Source of the DNA: Flectonema sp. DT1601
Taxonomy: Eukaryota
DNA length: 64,000 nucleotides
Direction: 5' to 3'
Assembly: GCA_964019425.1 (NCBI GenBank)
Contig: OZ025792.1
Span: forward strand, 868,001-932,000
Shown: positions 10,558 through 24,295 of the stretch, piece by piece
How positions within the stretch are numbered: the first letter of the stretch is position 1
Layout of the letters: each line of letters starts with the position of its first letter
Made by a program: the position numbers and the translations under genes
The notes under the pieces: model-generated
Database searches by the model: none
What the model was told of the DNA's origin: nothing
Seen by the model: the letters and a program-made list of their open reading frames with translations, nothing else

Positions 10558-13500
10558 CTAAGAACGCATGTAGCTGGCGATATCTTCACCGGTGAGCTTA
10601 GAACAAGTTCTTACGAGTTCAACAGCCAATTTACTAATTTCTGTTTCATCATCGTCGAGTGCCTCCGACATAGGTTGCAACATCTCTGCTACCACCGCAG
10701 CAGCAAATTCTTGACCAACTTCTGTGTAGAGACTTTTTAATGTGCTCAACATTTCAAATCGAACTGACGGGTCACTCGCAGTTCTAAACAAAGCTAACAA
10801 CTTCTTCTGAACAGCACTCCACAGAGAGCGATCAGTACAGTCGTGACAGAGACGAACTAAAATAGAAACTCCAAAGTCGCGGCATTTCTCAGAGTATAAA
10901 GTGTTAGTTCCAATGGATTCCTCGTCGGCTTCAAATGCGAGCTGTTTGGAAATATTTGAAATGATGTTAATTATTATTATTTTATTGTTTATCGTACCCG
11001 ATGTGATTTCATTAACATCCACACTTATCAAAATACATTAGAAAATAAATAAATAACACACCCCTGCACCCAACACGTTCTTGTTGGCCATCGTATCACA
11101 AACGCTGTTCATCACCTGAAGAGCAAGGTCACTGTTACTTCCGATTTCCTGTTGTGAATTTATTGGGTGATTTTATTATTGATTAGGTGTTTTAATTTTG
11201 AACTATAAATTAAAAAAAAAAAATTGTTGATGTTCATACCGAAGATTCATCGTCATCCATCTGCTTCTTCAAAACCTTCAAAGAAAGAGTGAGAAGAGTT
11301 GATGGCAGTACTGCGTTACCAGTCTTGGCATCTTTCTTACATGTCATCACTTCACATATCTGATGAGTAAATCCTTTGAAGATTGGACAGAAGATATCTG
11401 TCAACACATTCTGAAGTGAAGTAACAACAATCAGATAACCAATAACCTGTCTCTGATCAGCTAAGGTCATACAACTGTGGTCATACGCAAAAGCGGTTTG
11501 TTGAAGCTGTGTTTTTTGTTTCGTTTTTTTATCAAGCAAGCTCATGCTGTCGATCAATTCAACAAAAAAAAAAAAGAATCGGCAAACTTCACTTTTTACT
11601 TACTAACTCACACTTTTATTTTGTTTGTGCGCAACCGGTAGAAAATCCTAATAAAGGAATAGGTAGTTACGCTGCCACAATTCTCTTTCTACCGAACAAT
11701 GGGTTTGTAGGTACAAAAAAAAAAAAAAAAAAGTGACATACAGCGCTCAAACACATGTTTAATCTCTTGCTGTCCAGCTTTAACGCTAACGCGGTGAGAG
11801 CTCCTCCCATGGCCTTAAAGGAGTCGAGGGATGCAAAACCTTCATGTGTGTAGTCTCTAAAACAGGCGACAATAACTTTCATAACCATTTCCATAACGTG
11901 AAGTATCTGTTTTGAGTTGTTTTTATTTTATTTTATTAAAATGACTTCAAAACGAATTACAAAAATTACAAACCTCAAAGTTTTCAACACTTTCGAGAAG
12001 TGTGGACACAGCACCCCACAACATCGGATGAGAGTAGTTGTTTGATTGGTGAGTCTCAAGAGCTGAAGCTAACGAAGGGATTAGAAGTCTCGACTCACAG
12101 TTATCAACCATCGACTTCAGTAAGCGCTCAGCGTAGTCCGGAACAATTGCAACGATCCCACGTGAGGTAGCAATTCCAGCGATACGACTCATAAATGGAG
12201 ACATGAACTTCGCTAAAGACTCAACGACCTTAGCGAGGGCAGCACATGAACTCGCATTCAGCATTCTAACGTGCGGCTCTGGTTCTGACAATGACGACAG
12301 TTGTGTTGAAGACGTCAGTCCTGCAGCGGACTCCACGACGTCCAAAACAAACGGAACGAGTGTTGGAATGTGTCCGATCGATAGACTTGCGATTTCATAA
12401 CAAATGTGACCGAACGTTAGAATCGCTGACGAGACGACTGCACACGATGCCGGGTTGCTCTCTTTCATATCGCTGAGATGGATTTCAATAACTTCCTTCA
12501 GAGATGGTAAGAAGTACGCAAAGTTCTTCGGGTGGTGAGGGGCGAGGTACCTTGCGAGGATTTCGAGGGTCCACAAACTGCTCTGTACGACATGAGGGTC
12601 AGAGCTGACAGTCTTGTCTTCTAAGGTTTCCTTCAACTCAGGAAGCATTGTGACGAATGCAAACGCATCTTCGTTAGACAACGAATCTCCCATCGTATCC
12701 AATTTACTGTTAAAGAGACGAAGACCGAGTGACTGTAGACCGAATCCCTTCTCTGAAAGGAGTTCCTGAATAGCTGCGATGAAGACAGGTGTTGGCATAA
12801 CATCGACAATACTAATTATTAATTGTTTCACTCTCTTCTTTAGAGCGACCTTGAGATTGTAGAAATCGTCTTCCCGCTTTTCAGTGGTGTCGTTTTCAGA
12901 GTTAGTGTCGGCACCGTCGGAGAGCTCAGAACTTGAAGTTGAATCTTGTTCTGATGAGGAACTTGCCATGTCCTCATCACCATCATCATCTCCGTCTTTG
13001 AATTGAAGAATCTTTTCTTTGTAGATCTTAAGAAGTGATAAAAATAAATTAGTAAAAGACTCATAGTAAGCAGGGTCTTCATCTTCATCTCCGCGAGTCT
13101 TTTGGGACTCGTCCTCATCAAGAACGGTATCAATGAATGAGTCAGATACGACATGTCTTAGAACAAATAAAATAATTCTCATCTCAATCTGATCTGGTGA
13201 CAGTGTGCTAGGATGATACACTCCAAGATCCTTAAGAAGAGATTGCTCTTCGTCAGCCATGTTATTGTTTTCATCGATTGTTAACATTAGTAACTTATTT
13301 AAGGCAACTAATTGGTAGTGGACATTGCATCTGTTTAAGAGACTGTGACATCCATCCAAAGCATTCTCAGTTGATCCACGTCTACTCGCGTATGAATACA
13401 AGACGATGTGAATTAATGTTATTAATTCACTACCAGCAACAGAGCTGAGCATTCCCGGCAATAAGTTTTCAAGCATACTTTCGAGAAGTTCTTCTGAGCT

Positions 13501-16500
13501 CGATTCAGGATTGTTTAATCCAATTGATGCGACGATGAATCTGAGACATCCTCCGTACACAGCACTTGGTTGGACTTCAATTAAATTTCTGAATACTCTC
13601 AAACCCTCAGTTCTGACAGATATCGGTAATCGATGACTTCCCTTTAGAATAGAAACAAACTCATCCAAATCAATAATTATCATCTCACTAGCTGTTGGTG
13701 ACAACACATCACACATCCGATCTTTTAATGATATTGGGTCTAAGTACTCTGATGAAATCAATGTTTTTACATCACTGTTTGGTTGCAACTTCTTATGCCA
13801 GGCGATTTCAAATGTACAATTAGATAACAGTGTGGTCAACAGAGCTATTAAGTACTCATTCCTTACTGATCTCTTTTTGTGGCATTCTACTCTCAAGCAT
13901 CTCCATGCTAGACTTCCGACAGCAATAGGATCTTGACCTTTCTGCGGATGAAGACCATCGTGGTATAAAAGTAGTGTTTCCAATCCCTTGCAAAGATTGT
14001 CAGTCGCAGCGCTGTTGATGTTCTCTTTCGCCGAGTTAGTCTTCTTTGAAACCCTCGTTGTTTGTCCAGAAGTTGGCTTTTTACGTTTTCTTGAAGTAGT
14101 GGCAGGTTCCTCTTCTTCGCTGTCAGCAGCTGCAGGTTGAAGTTCTTCGTCATCATCTGTGTAGGTAAGAGGTTCAATAGATGCGAGATTTTTACACCAT
14201 CTTCCTGCAAGTAATGCAGTGTGAAGTCTAACGTATTGGGACAAGAAAACGTGACTGGCCTTCGCAATTTGCCTTCCAGGAGCAGAGCCGGACGACACGG
14301 CACTAAACACGCTCTCCACTAATTGTTGAACTTCTCCTTCACTCAAACTTTCAACCCATTGCTTCATGCCCTTAGATGCATTTCCTACACCTCCAACGAC
14401 TACTTGGTAAATTAATTCCTGAATGCTGATTGTCGTTCCTTCAGTTTCACTCGTACCTTCGACGTCACTGCACCATTCGCTGTCATCGACGCCACTGATT
14501 AAAACGGGTGTGCTCATTTGCATACATTGACAGAAGATGCTGAGAAGACTCGATCGGTCAGAAGTCTTCTCCCAGTCTCCTCTTTTGAGAGTCCAGAGAG
14601 CAGAGAAAGAACCGACAGCAGAGGCAAGAAGTCTTCCCTTTTGAGGACTGATTCTCGCCATCTTATCCGACTGTGATAGGAATGCAGAAAGGAGTGGAAT
14701 GAAGCCGCGTAATTTTGACAAACTCGTCACCTTTGAGAGTGCGGACGACATGTCGCCCAAATGCCATTCCAGAGAATGGGCACAGAAGTCAGACACCAAA
14801 TTATTTGCGTTTGGGTTTTCTAAAATACTTCCAATTACATTGCTGACGTGTTCTGCTTCCAAGTCTAATGTTCTCTCGGAGAGAGAGGTAACAAATTGTT
14901 TCATGTCGTTGCTTTCACATTTTAAGAATTTCAGAGCCTTTTGGACTTCCACGAGAACAGCGTCACTCTGTCTGTGGGACAACAAACAAAGTAACGAAGA
15001 AACCAACTGAAGAGTCTTACCAGAACTCCATTTTTGCTTTTGTGATTCTTTTGTGTACTTCGCCAAGGAGGAAGTAGCGGTTTTAACAACAGCTGACTTT
15101 GCTTTCCTGTCGCTTGAGTAGATTGGAGCCTTTTGGCAGATGTGTGAGAAGGCACGAATACCGCTGTTCGATTTGAATATTTGATCCAAAATAGCTTCAC
15201 AGTCTTCATTGCATTGTTTCATTGAAGCCGTCACAATAATACAATCACCAAGGATTCTGCTGTGAGAGTAGTCAGCAAGCTTACCACTGGCGTCTACGAC
15301 TGTTCCCTTTACAATTGTTCTGTAGCAAGCCCGAAGTTCGTTAGTCATAGAGGTTGTAGTCTTTGAAGAGCTGTCGTGATCATTCTTTGAGAATACTAAT
15401 AACATATCATCTTTTACTCTTTTAAATAATTCAATATTCCTTGATGTGTAGTCATCAGTCTCACAGTGAGCTAATACTGAAATGCAGTGAATGGAATCTT
15501 CTTCTAAAGTAGTCAACTTTTCAGTTGACTCACCTCTGTTTCTTAGAATTTGAATTGACTGCAGACAACTCTCCAAGTGGCTGCTGTACGACGCGACAGT
15601 TGTCTTTGCGATGGCACGCTTTGAAGCTGATAAGTGGAACTGACTGAGTGATGGAAGTTTCTTTGTAATGTCGAGAGACTTTAAAAACTCCGATGAAGAG
15701 ACCTTACCGAGAGTGTGCCCACGATTAATAATACGAAATAAGGCTGCAGTTGTCGCAACTTGCGATGTTGACTCGCTAGCTGCTAAGTTTGAAATAATCA
15801 ACGAAGCAAGTGTTGGGTCTGAAAGATGCTTTCCACGTGACAGTGGTTCCATCACATCTTTCATGGTGTGCATTTCTGACCTTGAAACTATACCTCCGAC
15901 ACCTTCGAGTAGCGCAGTTAAAACCTTTATATCTTCCTCGATGCTAATCATGTGAATATACATGTCGATAAATGATTGTAATTGTTTCTTCTTAGTAGCT
16001 GTAGACTTGTTGTTGATTGCAAGATTTTTAATAATCTTCTGAAGTTCAGAAACAGCAACAGTACGAATACCAGCTTCATGATGAAGACAAGCAACAGTTA
16101 GAGAATATTCTGATCCGTCTGTTCCTTTAATAGCCTGGTGACGAGATAATCCTTCAAAAGACTTCTTTACAAGTTTAAATAGAATAGCACAATCTTGTTT
16201 ACTGCTGCTTTCTAATATCACTTTAAGTGCGTCATCAAAACCTGTTGGACAATGCGTTTCAAGTAACTTTAATACATCTTGAAGACATACTTGTTCCGGG
16301 TCTTTAACAATTCCTTTAAAGCAAACGATACCAACTTGATAACCAAGTCCTTCAGTCGGTTGCATAGTTTCAAGTAAACCACTTAAGTTTGACATTCTCT
16401 TACCATGACTTGAAATAGCGTCTCTTACTGCGTATGACAGAAGTAAAGAAGTAAATTTAATTCCTTCTTTGCTGTGTTGCAACAGTCGAAGTGTTTGAGA

Positions 16501-17508
16501 AACAGCTGCCCACCTAAAGTTCAACATCTTCCCAACAACTTTATTTGGAATTTGATGGCAGATATTCTCTTCGGTGTCGAGCTGAGACGATACCAAACAA
16601 AGAACTTTTATAACGTCCTCTGCGGCAATTAAATGCAATGATTGTGGCTTGAGAAGTTGAACCAATTTTCCAAACACTGAAACACACACTTTCTGTGAAA
16701 GAGGTGTCGTACTAAAGATGGCAGCAGTCAAGGTTAAACCAGCAGCCTGATAATCACCACTGTTACCACACTTAAATAACTGCTCTGCAACAGGTAGTAT
16801 TGTTGTTATGAAGGTCTCTGAGCACTGCTTACCTGATTGGTGAGTACCCTTCAGGATGTCAATAACAACTCCAATAAATAAGTTTAACATCGCCGGGTGA
16901 GACAATTCTCTTTCCATAGCATTCACGACCCACTCAGAGATTTGAGTTAACAACATCGGGTCTCTCATAATCTGTTGGACGAGTACACTTCTGGTTAGGG
17001 TACTTCCTTCCTTTTGAAAGACTGTCAAGAATGACCAGCGAGACTCTCTCAAAGGAAGAAGTTGGACCATTCTCGCAAAGTATAAATGATCATGAAAGGG
17101 TAAGATAGTTCTCAATAATTGCTCAGGAGCTACTAAGTGAGTCTCATAATGTCTGAGGAGGTATTCGATGGCTTCGTGTGATGAGGAGAGTAAAAAGTGT
17201 GGTGAAGCCAACCACAAAAAAAGATCAATTTCATTATCGATGGCGGCAGCCTCATCTGGTGACATCATAACGCGCTCAGTCTCGAGTGAGCTCTCATCGA
17301 ATATGGTGCTATAAAAATGATTAAATCTACTGTCGATTGCTGCCAATCCTTGGAGACCACGCAATCCAATCTTCTGACACTGCGCAACTGATACTTCCTG
17401 CGCTACCTCATCTGAAAATAAAAAACTCGCAACTTTTCGCAATCTCGTCTCATGTCGGTGCCCCGATGCGAGTTGTGTCAGCTGCTGTTGCAGAGACGTT
17501 CCAACCAT
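10558..17508 (-). CDS. UTP10: U3 snoRNA-associated protein 10 (HEATR1/BAP28), 5 exons, ~2145 aa
   Basis: TSLQQQL, ASFLFS, EAIEYLLRHY, ILPFH; C-terminal SEALDDDETEI...TGEDIASY. Exons 17508-11974, 11906-11742, 11506-11240, 11148-11062, 10941-10558, all joined in frame by GT-AG introns. Confidence 0.92.
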
Positions 17509-17752
17509 TTTGTTTGTTTTCCTTCGTGTCTTCTCTTGACGCTTTTCCCTCTGATGTGATCCCTGAAAGAAATATAAAATAAATTATTCCTACACAAAAC
17601 AATCATCTTTTAGAAAAAACTGATAACCCTTTTTATATTAACCTTGCGATACTCATCAATGTTGGAAGTCTGAAAAAAGAAAGAAGAGACATATTTACAC
17701 AAGTAAACAGTTTAAATTATTATATAACATCAGTTGGAGAGTAGGACGTGGC

Positions 17753-19639
17753 TCACGAAGTGAGAGCTTGTCGTCGGATTGTTTTAAAATCATTTTCAAT
17801 TGATCGTTGTTCCTCCTTGCTGAGGTTCTTACTATACTTTTTAGCCTCATTGGAAATACGATCGTAGAGAAGAGGATCAGATAGTTTTAATCGAGTGAAT
17901 GACCAGAGTGAGGATGCAATATCCGACTGGTGGAATTGAATTGACGGGTCTGAAAGACGAGAGCAGAGTTTTATAAGTTCGGAGTACTTAGAAACAGACA
18001 ACTGTCGATGTGATAATGCAACAGATGTGATCTCACGTGAAGAGATCGTTACTTTATTTGAATTAACAATTTGAGTTACTAACATCTTAATATCTGATTG
18101 GTTTGTATGTCTCAACGATGCCGCACACCAAACTAACAAAAACAGTGACTGGTCATTGCAGTCACCTGCCCACTTAGTCACATCACCTAAACGTAAACGA
18201 CACCATTCTACAACAGTTGCAAGTTGCTTTGCTGCTGGAGAATCGTTACCAGTACCACTTTTATGAGAATTTATAAAAGAAATACAGCACTGAAGCACCT
18301 GCGGCAATGACTTCGAAGGTACTTCTTGTAAAGTGTCATCCTTTTGTAAACAAATTAATTCAGCAACCCTCTCACAATATAATATGTTATCCGGTACTCT
18401 TGAATGAAGCTTTGACAGCAACACGATATCATTACAGTTACAGACTAGCAGTGGAAAGGCGGGAAATGATTTCGGTGAGAGTTTCATGTCGGAAATAGTT
18501 GTAAGTAATTGACTTACATTACGATGAGTGTCAGAATGGGATTTCGGGTGAAAGTCAGATTCATTTTGCTTTGATAATTCCCTTTCAATTCCTTCAGACA
18601 AGGCAGTTTTTACAAAATTAGGTAACCTTTCTCCAGCTACATTAAATGACCAAAGTACTCGAGTAGTGTTAGTGAGTCCTAATGGTGATTTTATTAAAGC
18701 GTAGTGATCAAATACTTGTCGAAGACGATCAGCGAAATTAATATCTTTCTGAGAATACGAATAGACCGAATCAACAAACGGATACATAATCACAACAGAC
18801 GCCCAGACGATGATGGATGAAATGTCTGGACCTGGTGACCTCGGAAGTATAAACTTATCACCACCTACTAAATCAACAGCAAGATCAACAACATTTTCAG
18901 GACAACGATGTTCATTTATAAGTAGACTAGCTGCAGAGAGGTATCGTAACGCACATGATAGCGATAATAATTTCAAACCATGATCTCCCATATTCGTAAC
19001 AAAAAAACTAACCAACTGCGAGACATCTTCCGGGGTCATATACGTCGCTGCTAACCAAACAGAAACACCAAATTTCGATGCGATTTGATCCCGTTTCCAA
19101 TTATCTTTAACAGATGAAAGAAGTAATCTAGAAACTGATAAGTAGTTTTCATTAATGTGATGTTCTTTATTAATAATACCAAGGGCTTTTATTACAGAGA
19201 GTGCTAAGCTTATTGTCCAGCTGGATGTCGGGATTGCTTCAGCTCGTTTACAAAGTACGTCTGCTAGTCGCTCGTTGCAGACTCCGGCTTCACTAAAGTA
19301 TATTAAAATAAGAGCGATGTTACTCTCATCGATATATCTGCTGGTTGTTGGCTTCTGTGGGAGGTTAACAGGATCAGCACCCAGTCCTACCAACACCGCG
19401 TTTGGGGAGAATGTATTTCGGGTTACTCGGTGACGACGGCTCTGGGTTTCTTTTCTTTTTAATCTGTCAGTCCTCTGCAGTAAATAGTTAAAGCTTGATG
19501 CTGCTTCAGTATCAACATGGTCAGTCTTTTTCGATTTCAGTCGCAGGGTACCTTTTGGTGGCTTCTTTTTCTCTGGGATAACATCCTTACACAAGCGATC
19601 TATTGCTGATGCAGCCTTGCGAATCCGAAAGTGTACCAT
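17753..19639 (-). CDS. Helical-repeat protein (628 aa), possibly HPR/OPR/FASTK-like organellar RNA-binding
   Basis: Basic N-terminus; recurring motifs such as QSLFLLVWCAASL, QSDIASSLWSFTRL, TRVLWSFNVA resembling hepta/octatricopeptide repeats. ORF is secure, family tentative. Confidence 0.65.
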   Translation of the reverse strand: MVHFRIRKAASAIDRLCKDVIPEKKKPPKGTLRLKSKKTDHVDTEAASSFNYLLQRTDRLKRKETQSRRHRVTRNTFSPNAVLVGLGADPVNLPQKPTTSRYIDESNIALILIYFSEAGVCNERLADVLCKRAEAIPTSSWTISLALSVIKALGIINKEHHINENYLSVSRLLLSSVKDNWKRDQIASKFGVSVWLAATYMTPEDVSQLVSFFVTNMGDHGLKLLSLSCALRYLSAASLLINEHRCPENVVDLAVDLVGGDKFILPRSPGPDISSIIVWASVVIMYPFVDSVYSYSQKDINFADRLRQVFDHYALIKSPLGLTNTTRVLWSFNVAGERLPNFVKTALSEGIERELSKQNESDFHPKSHSDTHRNVSQLLTTISDMKLSPKSFPAFPLLVCNCNDIVLLSKLHSRVPDNILYCERVAELICLQKDDTLQEVPSKSLPQVLQCCISFINSHKSGTGNDSPAAKQLATVVEWCRLRLGDVTKWAGDCNDQSLFLLVWCAASLRHTNQSDIKMLVTQIVNSNKVTISSREITSVALSHRQLSVSKYSELIKLCSRLSDPSIQFHQSDIASSLWSFTRLKLSDPLLYDRISNEAKKYSKNLSKEEQRSIENDFKTIRRQALTS

Positions 19640-20244
19640 TTGCTCATCTTACGGTTCTATCTGTGTGAAATAATTAAAAACAATGTAAGAGAAGTATTCC
19701 TATGAAATCAAACACTACGCCTCTAGTCATATCACAGAAACAACTACCTGTCAGAAGTGAGAGTCTGATAGAAGATGTTTGTATTCTCGTATCATTATTA
19801 AAATAAGTAGTAAACACTTATCAGTAACCTACAGGGGGAAAGGGTAGAGCTAAGGTGTGTGGCTATTAGCGTAGTCAGATTCAACACAACAGAAAAAAAA
19901 AAGTCATCCCGTTGTTGTCCTGACCTTTAAATCATTAAATCAATCTCCGATATTCTGAAGAAGTGTAGCAAATAATGCTTCACATGCAGGAGTTATCAGC
20001 ATGCCTTGTCCTGGATGACAGAGTCAGATGTCATTATTCTTGTCGTTCAAATAGAACCAACAAGCATGATGAGAATCAGTTCCTTTATTTGTTTATTTTT
20101 TTTTTGTATTTCTCTTTTTTTTTTTTTTTTTTTAAAGTTTCTTTCTTTTTTTACATTAGAGAATCCTCAGCTCTCTAATTATGTACGAAATAAAAAGGAC
20201 GAATTCACATCCAGATAGTGGGCAACAATCTCTTAATACTTTCA

Positions 20245-21885
20245 TCAGTTAATTGGAGGTCTCACTTGTTTTGTCTGTTTTAGTTATTGTGTTAACTTGT
20301 GTGTATTACCACAGTTGGTTAAGTAGTAAGAATGATAGCAATGCATACCCGCGACTCTGTCTCCTCAACTTCAGCTGTTACTTCGGTCAGCTCCTTTTGT
20401 TCAGATTCATCATCACCTCCAGCCACCTGATTTGAGTTTTTATTTTAAGAAATATTATTTAACCGTTAGCTGCGTACCATCTCATCATTTCATACCTCCA
20501 TGTACAGGTACGGGTTGTCTTCCTCAGGTCTAAATTTAACTCCAGTGATGAGGTAGAACATCACAGCAGCCGATTCCTGTTTTTTTTTCCATCATTTTTT
20601 TTTCCCCGTTTTTCTCACAACATTCAAAATCAACAAGTAACTTACATACCTGTACAAAAGGAGCAGCCCATGTTAATCTGAAGGGGATGTAGGAGTCAAG
20701 CAGAACGACAAAGATTCTGGTCAAGTACATAAACCCAACCACAAATAAGTAAAACGCACGAAACTGTTTCAAACGGGCAAGATTCTTAGCAACCTTGCCT
20801 TCGATAGAACCGAGTTTGTGAAGTTTCTCGATAGACCAAATAATCGGAAACAACACAACAATACAACAAATGAAATCAGACAGCCTTAAGATATCCCTCC
20901 AGTAGGTCCATGAACGATTACCTTCACTTGTTTCTTCAAGAACAGCTATTGCGATATTAATTAAAACTTGAAGTGGTAGGATTGCTAGAGCAATGTGTTT
21001 ATCGTTCTTTGACAAGAACGGCTTTAAGAACGACCATCCGGTTCCCAACAACATAATAACTAAAAATAATGTAATTCCCTTTAGAGTAAGAAACAGGTAT
21101 GACATTATCTTCCAACCTGTTGAGGCTCCTTCCTGTAGTAGAGTTTCGAGCTTCATGGCTTCGAAGAAGAGAGAGCAAGTCTTTAGAATGATCAGCATTG
21201 ACATTAGGAAATGAATCTTATGAACGTGCATCATGTGGCTTCGTAAATATTTAATCCAACACACCGATAAAACGATAAATATTAATGTAAACATTGCGTA
21301 CATGAGAGGCATTTTCCTATTTCCTTCACTCAAGTATTCAATAACACCTCCTGGCCTCACATTGTATTGTGAGAACTTTACCTTAAAGGAGACTGGTCGT
21401 GATTGTAATTCTGACTTAATGTCGTATCCCTTACAGTTGTAAAAGAATAACGCATAGAGGCCGGCTTCCTTAACTTGGTGGATTATTGTTTTGCGAACTT
21501 TTCCCTGTTTCAACTCTGATTCAAGTGGGAATAGCTGCCTCCATTGTATGACTCCAGGGTTTTGAGGTTGAACTACCGTGTCTTTTATAAAACAGATTTT
21601 CTGTTGTGCGGCTTCTCCTTTTCCATAATTCTTTTCTTGTCTAGCGTAGTGAGCAGTCGTGACCCAGTCGAGAGTGAATCCTAATGGTTCTTCCATTTGA
21701 GCATCTGTAGTGTTCAACATCGATAGCTCTTCAATTACGAACTCCATCACTCCATTATCAGAAAATCCAAAGACACCCAAATCCATAACTCTTCGACTGT
21801 CATCTGTTACCGACAGACTAAAGTTCAAACTACTTACTGTGACCGTAAGCAACAGCAGCAGAAAAGTTGTTGTTGTCGACTTCAT
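20245..21885 (-). CDS. GPR107/GPR108 (lung seven-transmembrane receptor family) protein, probably 4 exons, ~474 aa
   Basis: Signal peptide, GLYALFFYNC, HKIHFLM, GTGWSFLKPFLS, VLFPIIWSI. Introns 20649-20577, 20495-20427, 20348-20275 (all GTATG...CAG); exon 2 restores KFRPEEDNPYL. Last intron is less certain. Confidence 0.9.
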
Positions 21886-22257
21886 TGTTGGGGATGGTCA
21901 CCCTGAGAAATACAATAATCAAAACAAAACATAATAAACACATTTGACACTTGAGCCGAAATATTTACACTCATAATGTACCCTAAGGAATTTCTTTTCG
22001 TTCTTATTTTCTGCTACTTTAGTTCAAATCAAATCAAACATACTACAGCAAAAATTAAAATGTATATTTTTTTTTTATTTACGAATCGCCTTCTATTTCG
22101 TTATATTTTCTTATGTAAAAAAAAAATAAAACAATCCAATTTTCCTCCTGGGTTTCATTCTTTATAAGAAAACCTTGGCAGCTTGTTCAACACTTTTTTT
22201 TTTTTTTTTTCGTGGTAGTAAATAATACGAAACAATACATTATAACCAAAGGAAACA

Positions 22258-22791
22258 CTACAAGTTGGCACGAAGTTCATCCGCTTCGGCCATAGTGGCG
22301 TCTAATTCGGTCATTCGTAATTCGTGCGCATTCATACATCTGTCAAGACGCAAACGAAGACGTTGGGCAGACATACCAGAGTGATGAGAACCAACATTAG
22401 AAGCACCAAGAACCGCAGTATTAGGATCTGCGTCATCCCAGTTCATGATACCACCCGCCATATGCGTTTCTCCACTCATTGATAACCCAAAGAACCATGG
22501 AAGCAACTGGTTCAAGTCCTGTCTTTGGAATTTTAAATAAACCCCCGTCAAAAGCATAAACGCAATCCCTTGAATTATCCAGTAATGGTAATGTGCACCT
22601 CCAGTGTAAAACATATCTAACATGTATGCCTTTGGAAGGTATCCATCGTATCCATCTACGTGATGTCTGTTCATATTTAAGTCATTCAGATCCAGCATTC
22701 TCTCCTTTTCAGATCTCTTAACAACTTGATTAAAGTACGGAGCAGGTTGCCATTTTTGCCAATAGCGCAGAGTTGCCGTGCGCTTAATCAT
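22258..22791 (-). CDS. Hypothetical membrane protein (177 aa), probably mitochondrial
   Basis: MIKRTATLRY presequence-like start, one hydrophobic segment (WIIQGIAFMLLTGVYL), ACAG acceptor at ~22808. Confidence 0.75.
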   Translation of the reverse strand: MIKRTATLRYWQKWQPAPYFNQVVKRSEKERMLDLNDLNMNRHHVDGYDGYLPKAYMLDMFYTGGAHYHYWIIQGIAFMLLTGVYLKFQRQDLNQLLPWFFGLSMSGETHMAGGIMNWDDADPNTAVLGASNVGSHHSGMSAQRLRLRLDRCMNAHELRMTELDATMAEADELRANL

Positions 22792-22930
22792 TTTTGTGTG
22801 ATTCCAGCTGTTGGGGAAAATGAAATTATATTTTCAATGTCTCGGGTCTGTTCAAAACTTGTATTCTAACCAACCCAATAGTGTTGGAGATAGTTATAAC
22901 TTCTCTTGAAGTAAACAGGGTTATCCCGAC

Positions 22931-24295
22931 CTACATAAAAGGGATCCAAGAAAACCTTTGGAGATTATATAAATTAAGATACTGTGAAGACTCTTCTGAG
23001 ATCTTATCATCGTTTAAAAGTTCAGAGAGAAGCTGCGCAGAATGTGCAGCACCACGGAAGCCGTTGAAAGCATGTCCAGTATTTACAAAAACATTCTCGA
23101 TTGGAGTCCCTCCAACTATCGGCATGGAGTCGGGTGTGATTGGACGAGAACCAGTCCACTGGACTCGTTTATCCCAATCACAGAATTTATCAATATTTGG
23201 GAAGCAGTGTCGAATAACTCTCTCAAGATGAATAAATAAATCATCATTACTTTTAGTATGCGACCCAACGGGTATCAACTCTCCAAAGGCTGCGAATCGA
23301 ACTTGGTTTCCTAACCGAGTAACAAACAGATCATGTGGCTCTGTTGTTATCGACGCTTGTGGTGCTAGTGAGCTATCCGTTACAGGGATTGTAAAGGAAT
23401 ATCCACGCAGTGGGTAAATAGGTAGATAGAACCCTGACTTTCTAGATATAAGAGGTGACCCATGAGCACCAGCACAAATGATCGTCACATCCGATGAGAT
23501 GAGCGCATCGTTTGAAAGATACGTCCCCTCACTAGTAACACGAGAAGCAGCTGACTTAATGTGACGAATATCACTGGCAGATTGAAAGAGTGATTTCGTA
23601 ATGGCTGCACAATCACCATGAGCATCCTTATCACAAAACTCAGCTTTAATCCAACTACTCACCTCTAGACAGGGCTCCATTGAAATAACTTTATTGGGTT
23701 CTAAATATTTCCTTTCAGAGTCTTGCGGCTTTCCACTCCAAATAGCTTTCACTCTTCCTTGAGTCTTTATTACATCACTCAAACCTGTTTGATTAAAGAA
23801 GTTAATTGATATCTGTTGTTCAAGTGTTGGTCTTTGTTTGTGCAATTTGAGGTTTGAGTTGAATTTGTTGCTGCAAATAATTGATTGAATGAATGACATT
23901 CCCCAGTACTAAAAATGTGGGTCTCGGAAAATCTTCTTATCAACGAAACGATTGTCATTAATTGACGATGCGTAAGAACGAGTAATCCACTTCCTTGTTG
24001 ATAGAAGTGTTGATAGAGTAGCAAGGCTTTCAACACGATTCACACCCATTGTACAACCATTTGCACCACTGCATTGCGTTCCAGGTAGTTCCGAGTCTAT
24101 TAACACAACTTCATGACCAGCGTTTCTCATCATGCGTGCAGTTGTTACTCCAACAATACCAGCGCCAATCACATTGACTTTCTTCCTTCTATTTAACTTC
24201 TTCCTATTAGTTTTATTAACATCTTTGAACCATTTCAAGCTTATCGCTGATGCTGCACTGATTCCCGCTGTTGCTGTTGCAGCGAGTTTCAGCAT
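22931..24295 (-). CDS. dadA: D-amino acid dehydrogenase (DadA/DAO family FAD oxidoreductase) with a single in-frame TAG at 23909-23911
   Basis: IGAGIVG FAD motif, CSGANG, LPIYPLRGYS, WTGSRPITPDSMPIVG, VNTGHAFNGF. ORFs 23909-24295 and 22931-23899 are in the same frame, joined as ...RDPHF*YWGMSF... Confidence 0.8.

Noticed and set aside
23909..23911. Genome-wide TAG reassignment (Blastocrithidia-like code)
   Set aside because: Only one internal stop among thousands of codons; TAG terminates UTP10, CCDC113, OYE, metE and PRS normally.
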